Assembly (NCBI RefSeq): GCF_006345805.1
Contig: NC_043011.1
Coordinates: 36,158,464 to 36,222,463, forward strand
Reading direction: 5' to 3'
DNA length: 64,000 nucleotides
DNA from: Octopus sinensis
Lineage: Eukaryota
Positions 13,683-25,890 of the stretch are shown here, piece by piece. The position numbers were made by a program, and so were the translations under genes. The notes under the pieces are model-generated. The model did not search any database. It saw nothing but the letters and a program-made list of their open reading frames with translations, and was not told the DNA's origin. How positions within the stretch are numbered: position 1 is the stretch's first letter; every line of letters begins with the position of its first letter.

Positions 13683-14816
13683 ATTTAATGGCATTTTTCT
13701 AGAGTTAATAGCACACACACAATTTTGCGTTAATCACATACAATCACACAAAGTCTATTGTATTAACTACATGTGTAGTTTATTGTATTAACTGTACACT
13801 ATGTCTAAGGTTAATCGCTCTGATTTTTAGTTTAACCATTTTCTAGTAATAATACATTGCTAGTATGCTTCAATTAATTTGAAAAATAATTCAGAATTTG
13901 AAGGGATTTTGGACAAATGGTTATTATTATTTTTGCTATAAAGTTGGTGCTTGTAATATAACAAAATGTTCTCATGCAACATAGGCACAGACGTGCCTGT
14001 GTGACAAGAAGTTTCTTTCCTAACCTCCTCGTTCTAGGTTCAATCCCCCTATATGGCACCTCAGGAAAGAAACTTCTTATATCTTTATTGCCCACAAGGG
14101 GCTAAACATAGAGGGGACAAACAAGGATAGACAAACAGGGTCAGACAAACGGATTAAGTCAATTACATCGACCCCAGTGAGTAAATGGTACTTATTTAAT
14201 TGACCCCGAAAGGATGAAAGGCAAAGTCGATCTCAGCAGAATTTGAATTCAGAACATAGTCATAGACGAAATACCTATTTCTTTACTACCCACAAGGGGC
14301 TAAACACAGAGAGGACAAACAAGGACAGACAAACGGATTAAGTCGATTATATCGCCCCCAGTGCGTAACTGGTCCTAAATTTATCGACCCCGAAAGGATG
14401 AATGGCAAAGTCGACCTTGGCGAAATTTGAACTCAGAATGTAACGGCAGACGAAATACGGCTACGCATTTTGCCTGGCATGCTAACATTTCTGCCAGCTA
14501 GCTGCCTTCAGAAAGAAACTTCTTGTCACACAGGCACATCTGTGCCTATTTTGTATAAGAACATTTAGTTATATTACAAGCACCAATTTTATAGCAAAAA
14601 CATTAGTTAATTGTGCAAAATCCCTTCAAATTCTGAATTATTTTTCAAATTAATTGAAGCATACTAGCAATATATTATTACTAGAAAATGGTTAAATTAA
14701 AAATCAGAGTGATTAACCTTAGACATAGTGCAGAGTTAATACAATAAACTACACATAGTTAATACAATAGAGTTTGCATGATTGTATGTGATTAACTCTA
14801 GAAAAATTCCAATAAA
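13683..14816. repeat. ~300-bp inverted duplication (13683-14021 vs 14511-14816)
   Basis: Arms align as reverse complements, e.g. CTAGTATGCTTCAATTAATTTGAAAAATAATTCAGAATTTGAAGGGATTTTG and its complement. Confidence 0.9.
14079..14510 (-). mobile_element. Dimeric SINE family B with 14-bp TSD GAAAGAAACTTCTT
   Basis: TSD at 14065-14078 and 14511-14524; two tandem bodies. Confidence 0.9.
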
Positions 14817-15627
14817 TAGTCCTTCATTATTGCCCTGGGCTGACCAAAATCTTGTGAGTGGATTTGGTGGATAGAAACTGAGAGAAGCTGATCATATATA
14901 TATGCATTGTGTGTGTGTGTGTGTGTTTGTCACCTACCACCACTTGACAACTGGTTGGTTTGTTTATGTCCTTTCACTCAGAAGTTTGACAAAAAATAGA
15001 CTGATAGAGTAAGTACCAAACTTAGGAAACAAAAATACTTGAGTTGATTTGTCAAGGCAAAACCTTTGATGTAAGCTTTAAATTTACATCAAAACACTTT
15101 CAAAAGGAATTTTTGAATCACAGCACCAGTGGAATTTTGTAGCAGATTAATATTGGGTTCAAATTTTGGCACAAGGCCAGCAATTTCGGGGTAGGGGATA
15201 AGTCAATTAAATTAACCCCACTGTTTAACTGGTGCTTATTTTATCGACCCCCGAAAGTATGAAAGGCAAAGTCAACCACGATGGAATCTAGAAGATTAAT
15301 TTTAAAAGATTTTAATCACACAGATTAAGATTAAACAAAATATTTTCCTTGCTGTGGTTTTAGGGGTAATATTGTTGTGTCAATGATTAACCATATAATG
15401 CAGAGAATAACAGAACTGCGAGAGGGTTCCACAAAACAAGTTGTTGCATTCCTTTGCATAAGGAATTCAAATCCCATCCATGTTGACTTTGTCGTTAGCT
15501 TTCCTGAGTCAAGTAATTAGAAATCAGTGAAGCACTGGAATTAATATAATCAAATTATATAATCACGCAAAATTCAGGAATATTAGAAATTATTAAAGCA
15601 TTAGTTAATTATTAAAAGGTTTGTGAG

Positions 15628-15779
15628 GTCTAGGAGTCGATGAGTGGTAAGGAGCTTGTTTACCAACCACATGGTTCCAGGTTCAGTCCCACTGGGCAAG
15701 TGTCTTTTACTATGGCCTCAGGTTGACCAAAGCCTTGTGAATGGATTTGGTAGATGGAAACTGAAAGAAGCCCATTGTG

Positions 15780-15839
<60 letters not shown>

Positions 15840-16037
15840 TGTCTGTGTGTCTGTGCTTGTCCCCCCAACATCGCTTGACAACCAATGCTGGTATGGTTAC
15901 ATCACCATAACTTAGCGGTTCGGCAAAATAGAATAAGTACTAAGCTTACAAAGAATAATTGCTGGAGTTGATTTGCTCAACTAAAGGCGGTGCTCCAGCA
16001 TGGTCACAGTCAAATGACTGAAACAAGTAAAAGAGTA
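15628..16037 (+). mobile_element. SINE family A
   Basis: Homology to family A. Confidence 0.85.
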
Positions 16038-16811
16038 CTAAGCATGATCACAACTCAATGACTGGATCCAGTTAAAGAGAGTTAGTAATCTTTACATTAT
16101 TAAACTTATCATATAGGAGTTCATTACTAATGAAAACTAGTGGCCTACTGGCTAAAGTACAAAGCTCATCTTCATGATGTTGCAGGTTCAAATTCCTGGA
16201 CCGTGCAACACATTGTGTCTTTGAGCAAAGCACTTCACTTCACAGTGTTCCAGTCTTTTCAGCTGAAGTCGAGAAGATATCTTTGTCTGCATAGATATAT
16301 AAAACTATAAGTGAAAGCATGGTACGTATCACCATGCAGAGAGATGGAACACAAAACCCACATGGTATGATAGCGAACTCCATCGCCAAGCAACCACACC
16401 AGCATCTATATCTTAAAATATCGAATTTTCAGAATAATCTAGTAATATCTGAGTAACGTGTTTATGGTCAACATTTCATATTTTTATGGACAGCCATAAA
16501 ACAGTTCATATAAAACATTTCATAATGTAATTAATGTTTACAAATGGAATGAATTTCAAATAATAGCATTACAGAGTAATTATTTCCTCTTGCTATATAA
16601 CAAAACACGACCAAATTTACAGTTTATAGATAAATATAGAACATCATGCCTACCCCAAAGATTGACATCTGTTCGTAAGAGCTAGTTAGCTGATGATAAA
16701 TCTTTTACTGCCGACCCACCTGGGACTGCCCTTGGTTCTGTGAAAGTAGTTTCCATTTTTAACACTTTAGCATTCATATTACGTTGTCAAATATAATATG
16801 TGTTTATTCAC

Positions 16812-16940
16812 CCGCCGAGGTTGACTTTGCCTTTCATCCTTTCGGGGTCGATAAATTCAGTACCAGTTGTGTACTGGAGTTGATGCAATCGACTGGCCTC
16901 CTCCATAAAAGTTTTGGGCCTTGTGCCTAGATTTGAAAAG
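16812..16940 (+). mobile_element. 5'-truncated SINE family B with 17-bp TSD AATATGTGTTTATTCAC
   Basis: TSD at 16795-16811 and 16941-16957. Confidence 0.9.
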
Positions 16941-17014
16941 AATATGTGTTTATTCACTTAGTTTTGAATTAACTGTGTATTAATTTGTAGCTTTGAGATT
17001 TCGATGATGATGCT

Positions 17015-17525
17015 GATCATCATCATCGTTTAACATCTGTTTTCCATGCTAGCATGGGTTCGACAAGAGTCTGAGAATCCAAGAGGCTGCATCAGGCTCC
17101 AGTCTGATCTGGCAGTGTTTCTACAGCTGGATGCCCTTCCTAATGTCAACCACTCTGTGAGTGTAGTGAGTGCTTTTTACATGCCACCAGCACAGGTGCC
17201 AAGGGAGGCTGGCAACAGCCATAATCAGTTGGTGCTTTTTACGTGCCCCCGACACAGAAGCCAGTCAAGGCGGTGCTGACATCGGCCACATTTGGATGGT
17301 GCTTTTTACATGCCACCGGCACAGATATCACAATTACAATTTCCATTTGATTTTTATTTTGATGCTGATGTACTTCACTCAATAGGTCTCCTCAAGCACA
17401 GCAGTGCACCCTATGATCCAAGGTAAGCACAGCAGGCCATCCTGCAATCCAAGATACTTTGGATGGGCTGGGGCTTCTATGTGAAGCTGGGGCAGGAAAC
17501 AGCCATAAACTCACGTTATTTGTCG
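17015..17525 (-). mobile_element. Family C retroposon (long copy)
   Basis: (CAT)n-CGTTTAAC...TTTCCATGCTAGCATGGGTT...GGATGCCCTTCCTAA plus internal repeats. Confidence 0.8.
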
Positions 17526-18090
17526 GGTGCGACTGTTTAATTTTAGAAGGACATTGTGGGGTTGGTGTAAAATGCTGAATTGGCTCATCTAATCAGAGAA
17601 CAAGTAGAATATTTGGGCCAAATATAGCCATTTTAAATGCTAAAGTTTTCAAGTAACATTTGCGAACACCTTCTGCCAAATTTTCATTTGGATGATGTCT
17701 CAAACACCAGATTAATGACAAAGTTTTATTAAATTCTTTATTAGTTTCAAAATTAATTTTAACAAAGGCACAATATCTTTAAATGAAATATGGTAATGAA
17801 AGAGTTAATATTTAAACATCCTCACAATTTCAATGAGGCAGTCACAATGTGGTTACTGGGCTATCTTGTAAAAAGCGAAATCTCTCCCTCAAAATCACAT
17901 TCTGCCAATTTTTTTTAAAAAGAGAACACATTAGAAGATTAGAAAAGTCTTGGATACCTACAGAGAAGTCATGCTTTATATGCATTTAATTAAAGATCTG
18001 CTCAATCAGAGTTAACCTTCGACTGGACAACAACAAAAGTGATTCCTCAAATTTGTGTCTTACATGAATATTAAAAAAATATATATATAT

Positions 18091-18933
18091 AGGCGTAGGA
18101 GTGGCTGTGTGGTAAGTAGCTTGCTTACCAACCACATGGTTCCGGTTTCAGTCCCACTGCGTGGCACCTTGGGCTAGTGTCTTCTACTATAGCCTCGAGC
18201 CAACCAAAGCCTTGTGAGTGGATTTGGTAGATGGAAACTGAAAGAAGCCCGTCGTATATATGTATATATATATGTGTGTATGTGTGTGTGTATATGTTAG
18301 TGTGTCTGTGTTTGTTCTCCCAACATCACTTGACAACAGATACTGGTGTGTTCACGGACCCGTAACTTAGCAGTTCGGCAAAAGAGACCGATAGAATAAG
18401 TACTGGGCTTACAAAGAATAAGTCCCGGGGTCGATTTGCTCGACTAAAGGCGGTGCTCCAGCATGGCCGCAGTCAAATGACTGAAACAAGTAAAAGAGTA
18501 AAAGAGTAAAGAGTATAGGTGTAGAAATGGCTGTGTGGTAAGTAGCTTGCTTAACAACCACATGATTCTGGTTTCAGTCCCACTATGTGGAACCTTGGGC
18601 GAGTGTCTTCTACTATAGCCTTGGGCTGACCAAAGCCTTGTGAGTGGATTTGGTAGATAGAAACTGAAAGAAGCCCGTCATATATATGTATATATATATG
18701 TGTGTATGTGTGTGTATATGTTAGCGTGTCTGTGTTTGTCCTCCCAACATCACTTGACAACAGATACTGGTGTGTTTACGGACCCGTAACTTAGCGGTTC
18801 GGCAAAAGTGACCAATAGAATAAGTACTAGGCTTACAAAGAATAAGTGCTGGGGTCGATTTGCTTGACTAAAGGCGGTGCTCCAGCATGTCCAGCATGTC
18901 AAATGACTGAAACAAGTAAAAGAGTAAAAGAGT
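18091..18933 (+). mobile_element. Two head-to-tail full-length SINE family A copies
   Basis: 18091-18514 and 18517-18933; share diagnostic variants (GGACCCGTAAC, TATGTTAG), suggesting local tandem duplication. Confidence 0.9.
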
Positions 18934-19036
18934 ATATTTATAAAGAAAAGCAAATGATTGATAGACACTATCATCTTAATGTTTAAATGGAAGAATTAGT
19001 TGTGTGCATTATGCAAAATACCTTGTGGTATTTATT

Positions 19037-19390
19037 GGCATGGCTGTGTGGTAAAATACTTGCTTCCCAGCCGCATAGCTCAGGGTTTAGTCCCACTGTG
19101 TGGTACCTTGTGCAGGATCTTTCTATCATAGCCTTGGGCCAACCAAATTGTATCCTATATATATGTGTGTGTGTGTGTTTGTCCCTCACCCTCATCACTA
19201 CCTGACAACCAGTACTGGTGTGTTTATGTCCCTATAACTTAGCAATTTAGCCAAAGAGACCAGGCTTAGCATAAAATATAAATAAATAAATACTGGTGTT
19301 GATTCACTTGACAAAAAATTCTTCAAGGATGTGCCCCAGCATGGCCACAGTCTAATGACTGAATCAAGGAACAGATAAAGGGTAAAAGAT
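19037..19390 (+). mobile_element. Older SINE family A copy
   Basis: Diverged homology to family A. Confidence 0.75.
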
Positions 19391-20584
19391 GTCCCTGAAT
19401 TCAAGTCCTGCCAGGTCTTTTAATAAATGTGGGTTATTTTTGAGAAAGTAGTGCACCCTGCATGGCCATGGTCCACTGACTGAAGCCAGTAAAAGAATAA
19501 TACAATTATATATTACTTTGATGTTAATTAATCATGAGCTAAGGCTCATTAGTCAAACTATGTAATGAACTTCAGTCATTAAATCCAAAATTTGACTCAC
19601 TTCATGACTATAAAATAATTTAAGATCTTATAATGGAAGGAAGGTTTTTATGATATTTTGGGGGTATCTTCTTCTTCCATTATAATTATTCCGTTGATTC
19701 AAGGAGCTGGAAATACAAAGAACAAAGTTCTCAGGCAGAGTAAATTCAATAACCGTTTGTTCACAGGTGCTTCATACAAGGGGCTTGCTTTCAGTAGCCA
19801 TATTCACAGCAGTGCGTAGTTAGCCTTCTCACCCATACACATGAGGTTCAATAACCTCTGGAGACAATGCATGTTGTATCACAGCAGGGCAAAAGTGCGC
19901 TGTGAGCTCCTGATTTTGAAGTCTTGCTTGGTGTTAGCATGAGAAGAAAGAGAGAGTAAATGTTTTTGTCTTTTCCTTAAATAAAGGTTGTAGGCGAAAT
20001 CTTGTTTTCGTCTTGCGTATGGTGATGGTTGCAGGCGAGATCTCATTTTTGTCTTGCAAATTCAGATTGGAGCCTGATGCAGCCATCTGGTTCACCAGTC
20101 CTCAGTCAAATCGTCCAACTCATGCTAGCATGGAAAGCAGACTTTAAACAATGATGATGATGTATGGCAATGGTTGCAGGCGAGATCTTGTTTTTGTCTC
20201 ACATATGGCAATAGTGAGATCTCGCTGTTTCAAAATGGTGCTGGCTTCTTTGTGCCTCCATACAATTCTCATCCATCAATGACCCTAAACAAAGACCCAT
20301 AATAGAAAACTGCTCCCATATTATGAACAGTGCTTAACAACAGACACAAGAAAACCCTAGATTGATTCCCTACAAAATACTAATTTTTATTAGGCTACTC
20401 ACCATCACATTTTAAAATCTGATCAACAAGTACGGTGATGCCTTGATGTATGTGTTGATTTATTCCAGGAGTCTGCTCATAAAGCAAAAACTTGTAAGGC
20501 AGAACAATAATTTCCTAAAGTAGCAATGTTATAAGTCATAATTTGCCCCCAGAAAAATATTTTACCTATAAAATTTATAATCTA

Positions 20585-21108
20585 TCTGTCTTAATCCTTT
20601 ATGCCCCTTGTGGAGCATAGGGTCTCAACAGTTGTTTTCCACTTTTTGCAGTCATTGGCATGTTTCTTGGCTGCTTCCCATGTCAGGCTAGTGGTCCTGA
20701 GCTCGTCCAGAATTCTCCGTTTCCATGTCTGCTTCGGGTGTCCTTGCTTCCTTTTCCCCTGCAGGTTCCAGTCAAGTGCTTGTCGTGTCACATTTGAGGG
20801 CTCTTTCCGCAGTATGTGTCCAATCCATCTCCATTTCCTTCATCTAATCTGAACATGCATGGGCTCCTAGTTGGCCCTTTCCCACAGGTCAGTGTTTGGC
20901 ACTCTGTCGAACCACTTCAGATGGAGGATCTGCCAGAGACATTTATTGATGAAGGTCTAGATCTTCTTGTAGCTGCTGCAGGTGGCTTTCCACGTTTCAG
21001 AGCCATACAAAAGCACAGATTTTACATTTGAACTAAATAAGAGGAGTTTAGTTCGAGTTGAGATGGCAGTGGACTTCCATACCAGCTGAAAAATAGCGAA
21101 GGCTTGCC
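20585..21108 (-). pseudogene. RTE-clade LINE 3' end (RT C-terminus), 5'-truncated
   Basis: VKSVLLYGSETW, RKWRWIGHILRK, ALDWNLQGKRKQGHPKQTWKR; ends LCSTRGIKD* with a short tail. Confidence 0.9.
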
Positions 21109-21708
21109 AAATTTATAATACTTGTAAATAAATGACAATAAAACAGAAATAGAATGTAAAGAGTATTTTATGTAAAATAAAAAGAATGTCAAGATCATTT
21201 ATAATTAAAAAAATGCTACTATTATAATCACTTTCTGAACCATTTTCTCTCATACTAGACTCATGCAGACCCTTACTTGTAGACATGATTACCGATTCAC
21301 AAGCACTCATAGACAGACTTGTAGATTTATTTTTAGAAAACAAGCCTACAGTTGTTTGCTTAGAAGAAGCTTTTTTCTGCTCTCTATAAATTTCTTGGTA
21401 ACATGCAGAAGCATTTGTTATATTACTGGAAAGTTTTGAATTTTGTTCAAAATTTGAATCTTATGCTTAAAAAATTTCAGCTCACCACACAAAAGTGAGC
21501 TGAAAAGCAAAACTCGTATAGTGGTTCCTCATAAATTGAGGTATTACTATATGGTGTTACCTTAATTTTTATCATTTACTGCAGCAGTATTTGTTCTTCA
21601 GTGCAAGCTGGTTTCATGCTGACTTCTACTCCAGCTTTTCTGTCTCATATCTTTTGACATCTTGTCCTCCGTATTGTGTCTCCTTCTGGCTTCATAGACA
21701 CTACTCTT

Positions 21709-22026
21709 CCCAGCCATTCCTTAGCTCTCTGGAATCTGTCCAGCCATAATCTTAGCTCTCTGAAATCTGCCCATCCATAATCTTAGCTCTCTGAAATCTG
21801 CCCATCCATAATCTTAGCTCTCTGAAATTTGCCCATCCATAATCTTAGCTCTCTGGAATCTGCCCATCCATAACCTTACCTCTCTGGAATCTGACCAGCC
21901 ATAATCTTATTTCTTTTGAATCTGCCCATCCATAATCTTAGCTCTTTGGACTCTGCCCATCCATAATCTTAGCTCTTTGAAATCTAGGCATCCATAATCT
22001 TACCTATCTGGAATCTGGCCAGCCAT
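21709..22026. repeat. 31-bp minisatellite, ~10 copies (CCATCCATAATCTTAGCTCTCTGAAATCTGC)
   Basis: Direct tandem periodicity. Confidence 0.95.
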
Positions 22027-23859
22027 GTTTTACCTGCTTCTCACTAATTGTCCATGTTTGTCCTGCAGATGTTCAAATGGAACATCAACTATGTCGATCT
22101 TACCCAGTCTGAAACGAACTGCAAGAACCAGGATATGAAGCAGCACCTTCTACCAGGACAAACCATTACAAAAGAGGTAAAAAAAGAACACATTTCTCTC
22201 TCTCTCTCGATATATATATATACTGCAGTTATTAACTGACAATCACTAACAAATAGAACATTTGTGACACCATTCAGCTGAAATTTATCCACTGATCAAG
22301 TTGGTTCATATTTATTCATTACAATAACAACATCAATAGCAACAAGTTAGAAACGAAATCTATTGTTTAAATCAAACTTACAGTAAAAATCAAATTTAAT
22401 ATGAAAATATCAGAGAAAATGAAACTCTTTAATGTTTGGTCCTAATCAAATGAATCATAAAACTGTTTGAACTGTTTTATCTAGCAATGGTAAAAATTTG
22501 TTTGAATTGGTTTATCCAGGAACGGTAAAAGAAAAATGTATGAAAAAACATTTTTTCCTAACATTTCTATTGAAGAAAACAAAACTAATAATAATTCAAC
22601 AATAATGTCCCAGATCAAAGGAATTACAAATTCTACTAAACAGTGCAAAATTTCACATTATGTTAAAATACGAACTGTATTCTTCAATTGGTGCGGCATT
22701 TAAAATTTTATCATTGAGGAAGTTTTTGTTCAGATTTGTGTTTAAGAAAAACAAACAAAACAATAACAAAATAAAATTCAAATTCAATTTTTATCTTATT
22801 TCTGTTTCTATTCTCTACCTTATCATCATCATCATCATCATCATCACCATCGTTATTAGTATTATTATCATCAATGTGAGAAGTGTGAAGGATTTTAAGG
22901 AAAATATGTGCTCTAATTGATTAGCAATTATGCTGCAAGGAATACTTCAGAAAATTGAGGAGACAGTAACAAAATACTTGACAAACTGAACAAAAAAGTT
23001 TACAAAGAAAAATAAAAGCATTAGCTAAAATTGCATTCATTACTATCACTGCAAAAAATGCCAAAAAAATACACACAAGAAAGTTCTAGTTTTATGACAA
23101 GTGGTTCACTGAAAGTAAGGATTTTAAATTAAAACTAATCATAAAGTAAAATAATGAATTTTTATTTTTCAAATAAAACCACTTTAGCAGTATTTGAATA
23201 GCTAACAGCAGAGATTTTGGACATTTGTATATTTTCCATTGCATTAGCTAATATTTAAATTTTTTAGAATTTATTTATTTATTTGTATTAGAAACAATTG
23301 AAAACAACTCTAATATTTGATTTTAGGAGACAGAATTGTCTGGTAACTTTGTGAAATGTAATAAACAAGCTCTACAGAAAATTGAGTCATATGCTAATAA
23401 TTCTTTGAAATGCTTCAAGCTCGCATTCATTTCTAACTTACAAGGTTTTGAGTGTATGAAAAAAAAATTTTGAATGATAAACTGGTACCGAAATTCTGTT
23501 ATTAAAAAAAAATTAGGAAACTTAGTTATGAATTATGAAACAGATTATGTGCAAAGATTATTTAAATAATGGAATCATAGAGAAAAGGTTTCAAAGAGAA
23601 AAAGTTTCTTTTTATTCTGCTTTTTCAGCAACCATTTTGTATTCTCACAAGATTGAATTTATTGGTAGCGTTAGTGGATAATTTGTAATGCAAAAAAGTG
23701 GGGCTTGAAAATGCAAAGTACAGGGTGCATTACAGAAGCTTTCAGACTTTTTGAGAAGAGATATTTATTAATTATAAAGTAGGATCCTCTGATTTCAATG
23801 CAATTGCTATAACACTCCAGCCACTTGGTGAAGGTCCCATAGAAGTACTTACTTGTACT

Positions 23860-24220
23860 TGTGGTGACATTCACCCTGGGCGGGTTGAGTCGGCTTCTTC
23901 CACCACCCTTGAGGCATTGTATTTACCATTGAGAATTCATGGAAGAAGTTTCGTGGTAATATGTCGATTTGACAAGCAGTCCCCATCAATCCCACTTGTA
24001 GAGATATCCTGTTTACTGCAGATTCTCCACAGACGTAGGGGCAGAACGACTGAGGAGCTGCCAGTTGCCGAAACAGACACTCCGAGGATGACCCTAATAC
24101 CACTCAGTGTCAGACCAATCCGCCTTAGGTGGCCCTACCAGGAACCGAAGTTCCCGACGGCATAGCTCTGACACTACCCATTGCCAGCGTCCCCACCACG
24201 GTGAGGAGGGGATGGACTTT
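23860..24220 (-). mobile_element. RTE/BovB-like LINE 5' UTR fragment
   Basis: GC-richer block with CGTGGTGGGG...GAGCTATGCC...GGTAGGGCCACCTAAGGCGGA..GGTC, resembling the conserved 5' UTR motif of RTE elements (recalled, not searched). Confidence 0.6.
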
Positions 24221-24224
24221 GAGG

Positions 24225-24423
24225 ATTTCCCATAGAAGTTCCGCAAAATGGTGTCCAAGGCCCTGTCATAGGCTTCTACATCTTCAAAATTACTGTTTTT
24301 GAGGTTCTCCTTCAGCTTGTAGAACAACCAGAAGTCACAGGGAGCAAGGTCTGGACTGTAGGAAGGGTGAAAGACAGTTTTGATCCACATCTCTGTCAAA
24401 TACTTGGTTTCCAGGATGCTCAC
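24225..24423 (-). pseudogene. mariner transposase C-terminal fragment
   Basis: HPSYSPDLAPCDFWLF. Confidence 0.85.
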
Positions 24424-24535
24424 TGAGTACCCTGGGAAGCTGCATGCTTAATGTCTTTACAGATAATTTCTTTACAGGTCTTTACTGGTCTTCATCCAGA
24501 AAATTGCAACTTTTCTCAACCATTCTATATATAAA

Positions 24536-24694
24536 ATATCCACAATGAGAATGACAAATATCAAACCACAGAAAGAGTTTGTATGAGATGCACATAATCT
24601 GATGCCTCTCCTAAAAAATTCTCAAAACTTCTGGAAGGCATCTCATATAAACTCTTTCCGTGGCTTGATATTCATCATTCTCATTATGGATGTT
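24536..24694. repeat. Fold-back with ~55-bp arms (MITE-like)
   Basis: 24536-24592 is the reverse complement of 24639-24694 with a few mismatches. Confidence 0.8.
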
Positions 24695-24986
24695 TTTGAT
24701 TATATTCACATCCAGTGAAGAAAAATAATGTCTCAAATCTTTGAATGAATTTTAATGTAGCTTTAAAGTTTATCTAAAAATATTTTATCATAGAACAAAG
24801 AGGAAACTTGCTAGCTCAAGGTTTCTAAGCCTTTTAACAAATATATCTTGTATTTCAAATATCTAAACAAAGCTATTTAATACAAAGAATAAAAAAAAGG
24901 TCTCCCCCTCTCCACCAATTTTATTAGCATACGAAATGATATTTTATGACATTTTTATTTGCTAATCAGTTTTACACAATATTAAA

Positions 24987-25374
24987 TCTTTATATATAAA
25001 AGTCAAGTTGTGTGTCTGTCTCCTACGATTTAGATTCCTAACTACTCCCACATTTTGCGGTGTAGTGTAACCAAAAGCGGGTATCTTATAGTCGTGATTC
25101 ATATCGAGCCCTTCTGAGTATTAGCGCGTGTCTACGATGAGCCTATGATTTTAAAAATAATTTACCATCATTTTTTCCATTTTAATGCATTTTTTCGCTA
25201 AGGGAAGTAACTCTCTAAAAATGTCTACGATGAGTCAACGATTTAAAAAAAATTTACCATAATCTTTTTTCCATTTTTAATGCATTTTTTTTGCTATTTT
25301 TTGGCTATAACTCTAAAAATGCTTATATAGTTATTTCCCTTACAAACTCGAGCAACGCCGGGCGATACTGCTAG
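24987..25374 (+). mobile_element. Non-autonomous Helitron (388 bp)
   Basis: A|TC 5' end, subterminal hairpin CTCGAGCAACGCCGGG, CTAG|T 3' end, no TSD, internal ~65-bp duplication. Confidence 0.8.
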
Positions 25375-25890
25375 TTGTATATAAAAAGAGATTGCACTAT
25401 TTGATGATGATGATGATGATTAACTCCGTTTCAACTTTGATCAAGCAAACCATATACCAAAAGCATTGCCCTTGTGATCATTCCACTTCTTTTTCTTTTT
25501 GCTTTGTTTCTTTTTCATGTGTACGTATATAATCCATCATCATCAGCACCAGCATCATTTAATTGCCATTTTTTATGCAGTGATGGGTTGGATGATTTAA
25601 CAGAAACAAATGAGCCACAGGACTGTGCCAAGCTACAGTGACTTCTTCAATATGGTTTCTATGGATGGATACTCCACCTAATGACAACCATTTCACAGAA
25701 TGTGGATGCATTTTATCTCAGGACACTGGCACTGGTGAGGTTGCCAAGAAACTTCCAAGACAAAGAAAAAGAATAAGAAACCTCTGCAACAAAGTGAAGT
25801 TGTAGTGTAGACCCCAGTCGAACCATACAACCCATGCTAGCATGGAAAATGGACGTTAAACGATGATGATGATATATATATATATATATA

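Noticed and set aside
22069-22176. Possible + strand 108-bp exon (good acceptor, GAG/GTAAAA donor)
   Set aside because: No partner exons, no recognisable peptide, and opposite strand to the better candidates
24050-24075. CTGAGGA...GAAAC hammerhead-like string on the + strand
   Set aside because: Stem II pairs poorly and no consistent stem I/III with a cleavage triplet could be built
20585-24220. Single full-length RTE (3' end and 5' UTR on the same strand, 3.6 kb apart)
   Set aside because: Intervening 2.7 kb is AT-rich with no EN/RT motifs; treated as two separate fragments
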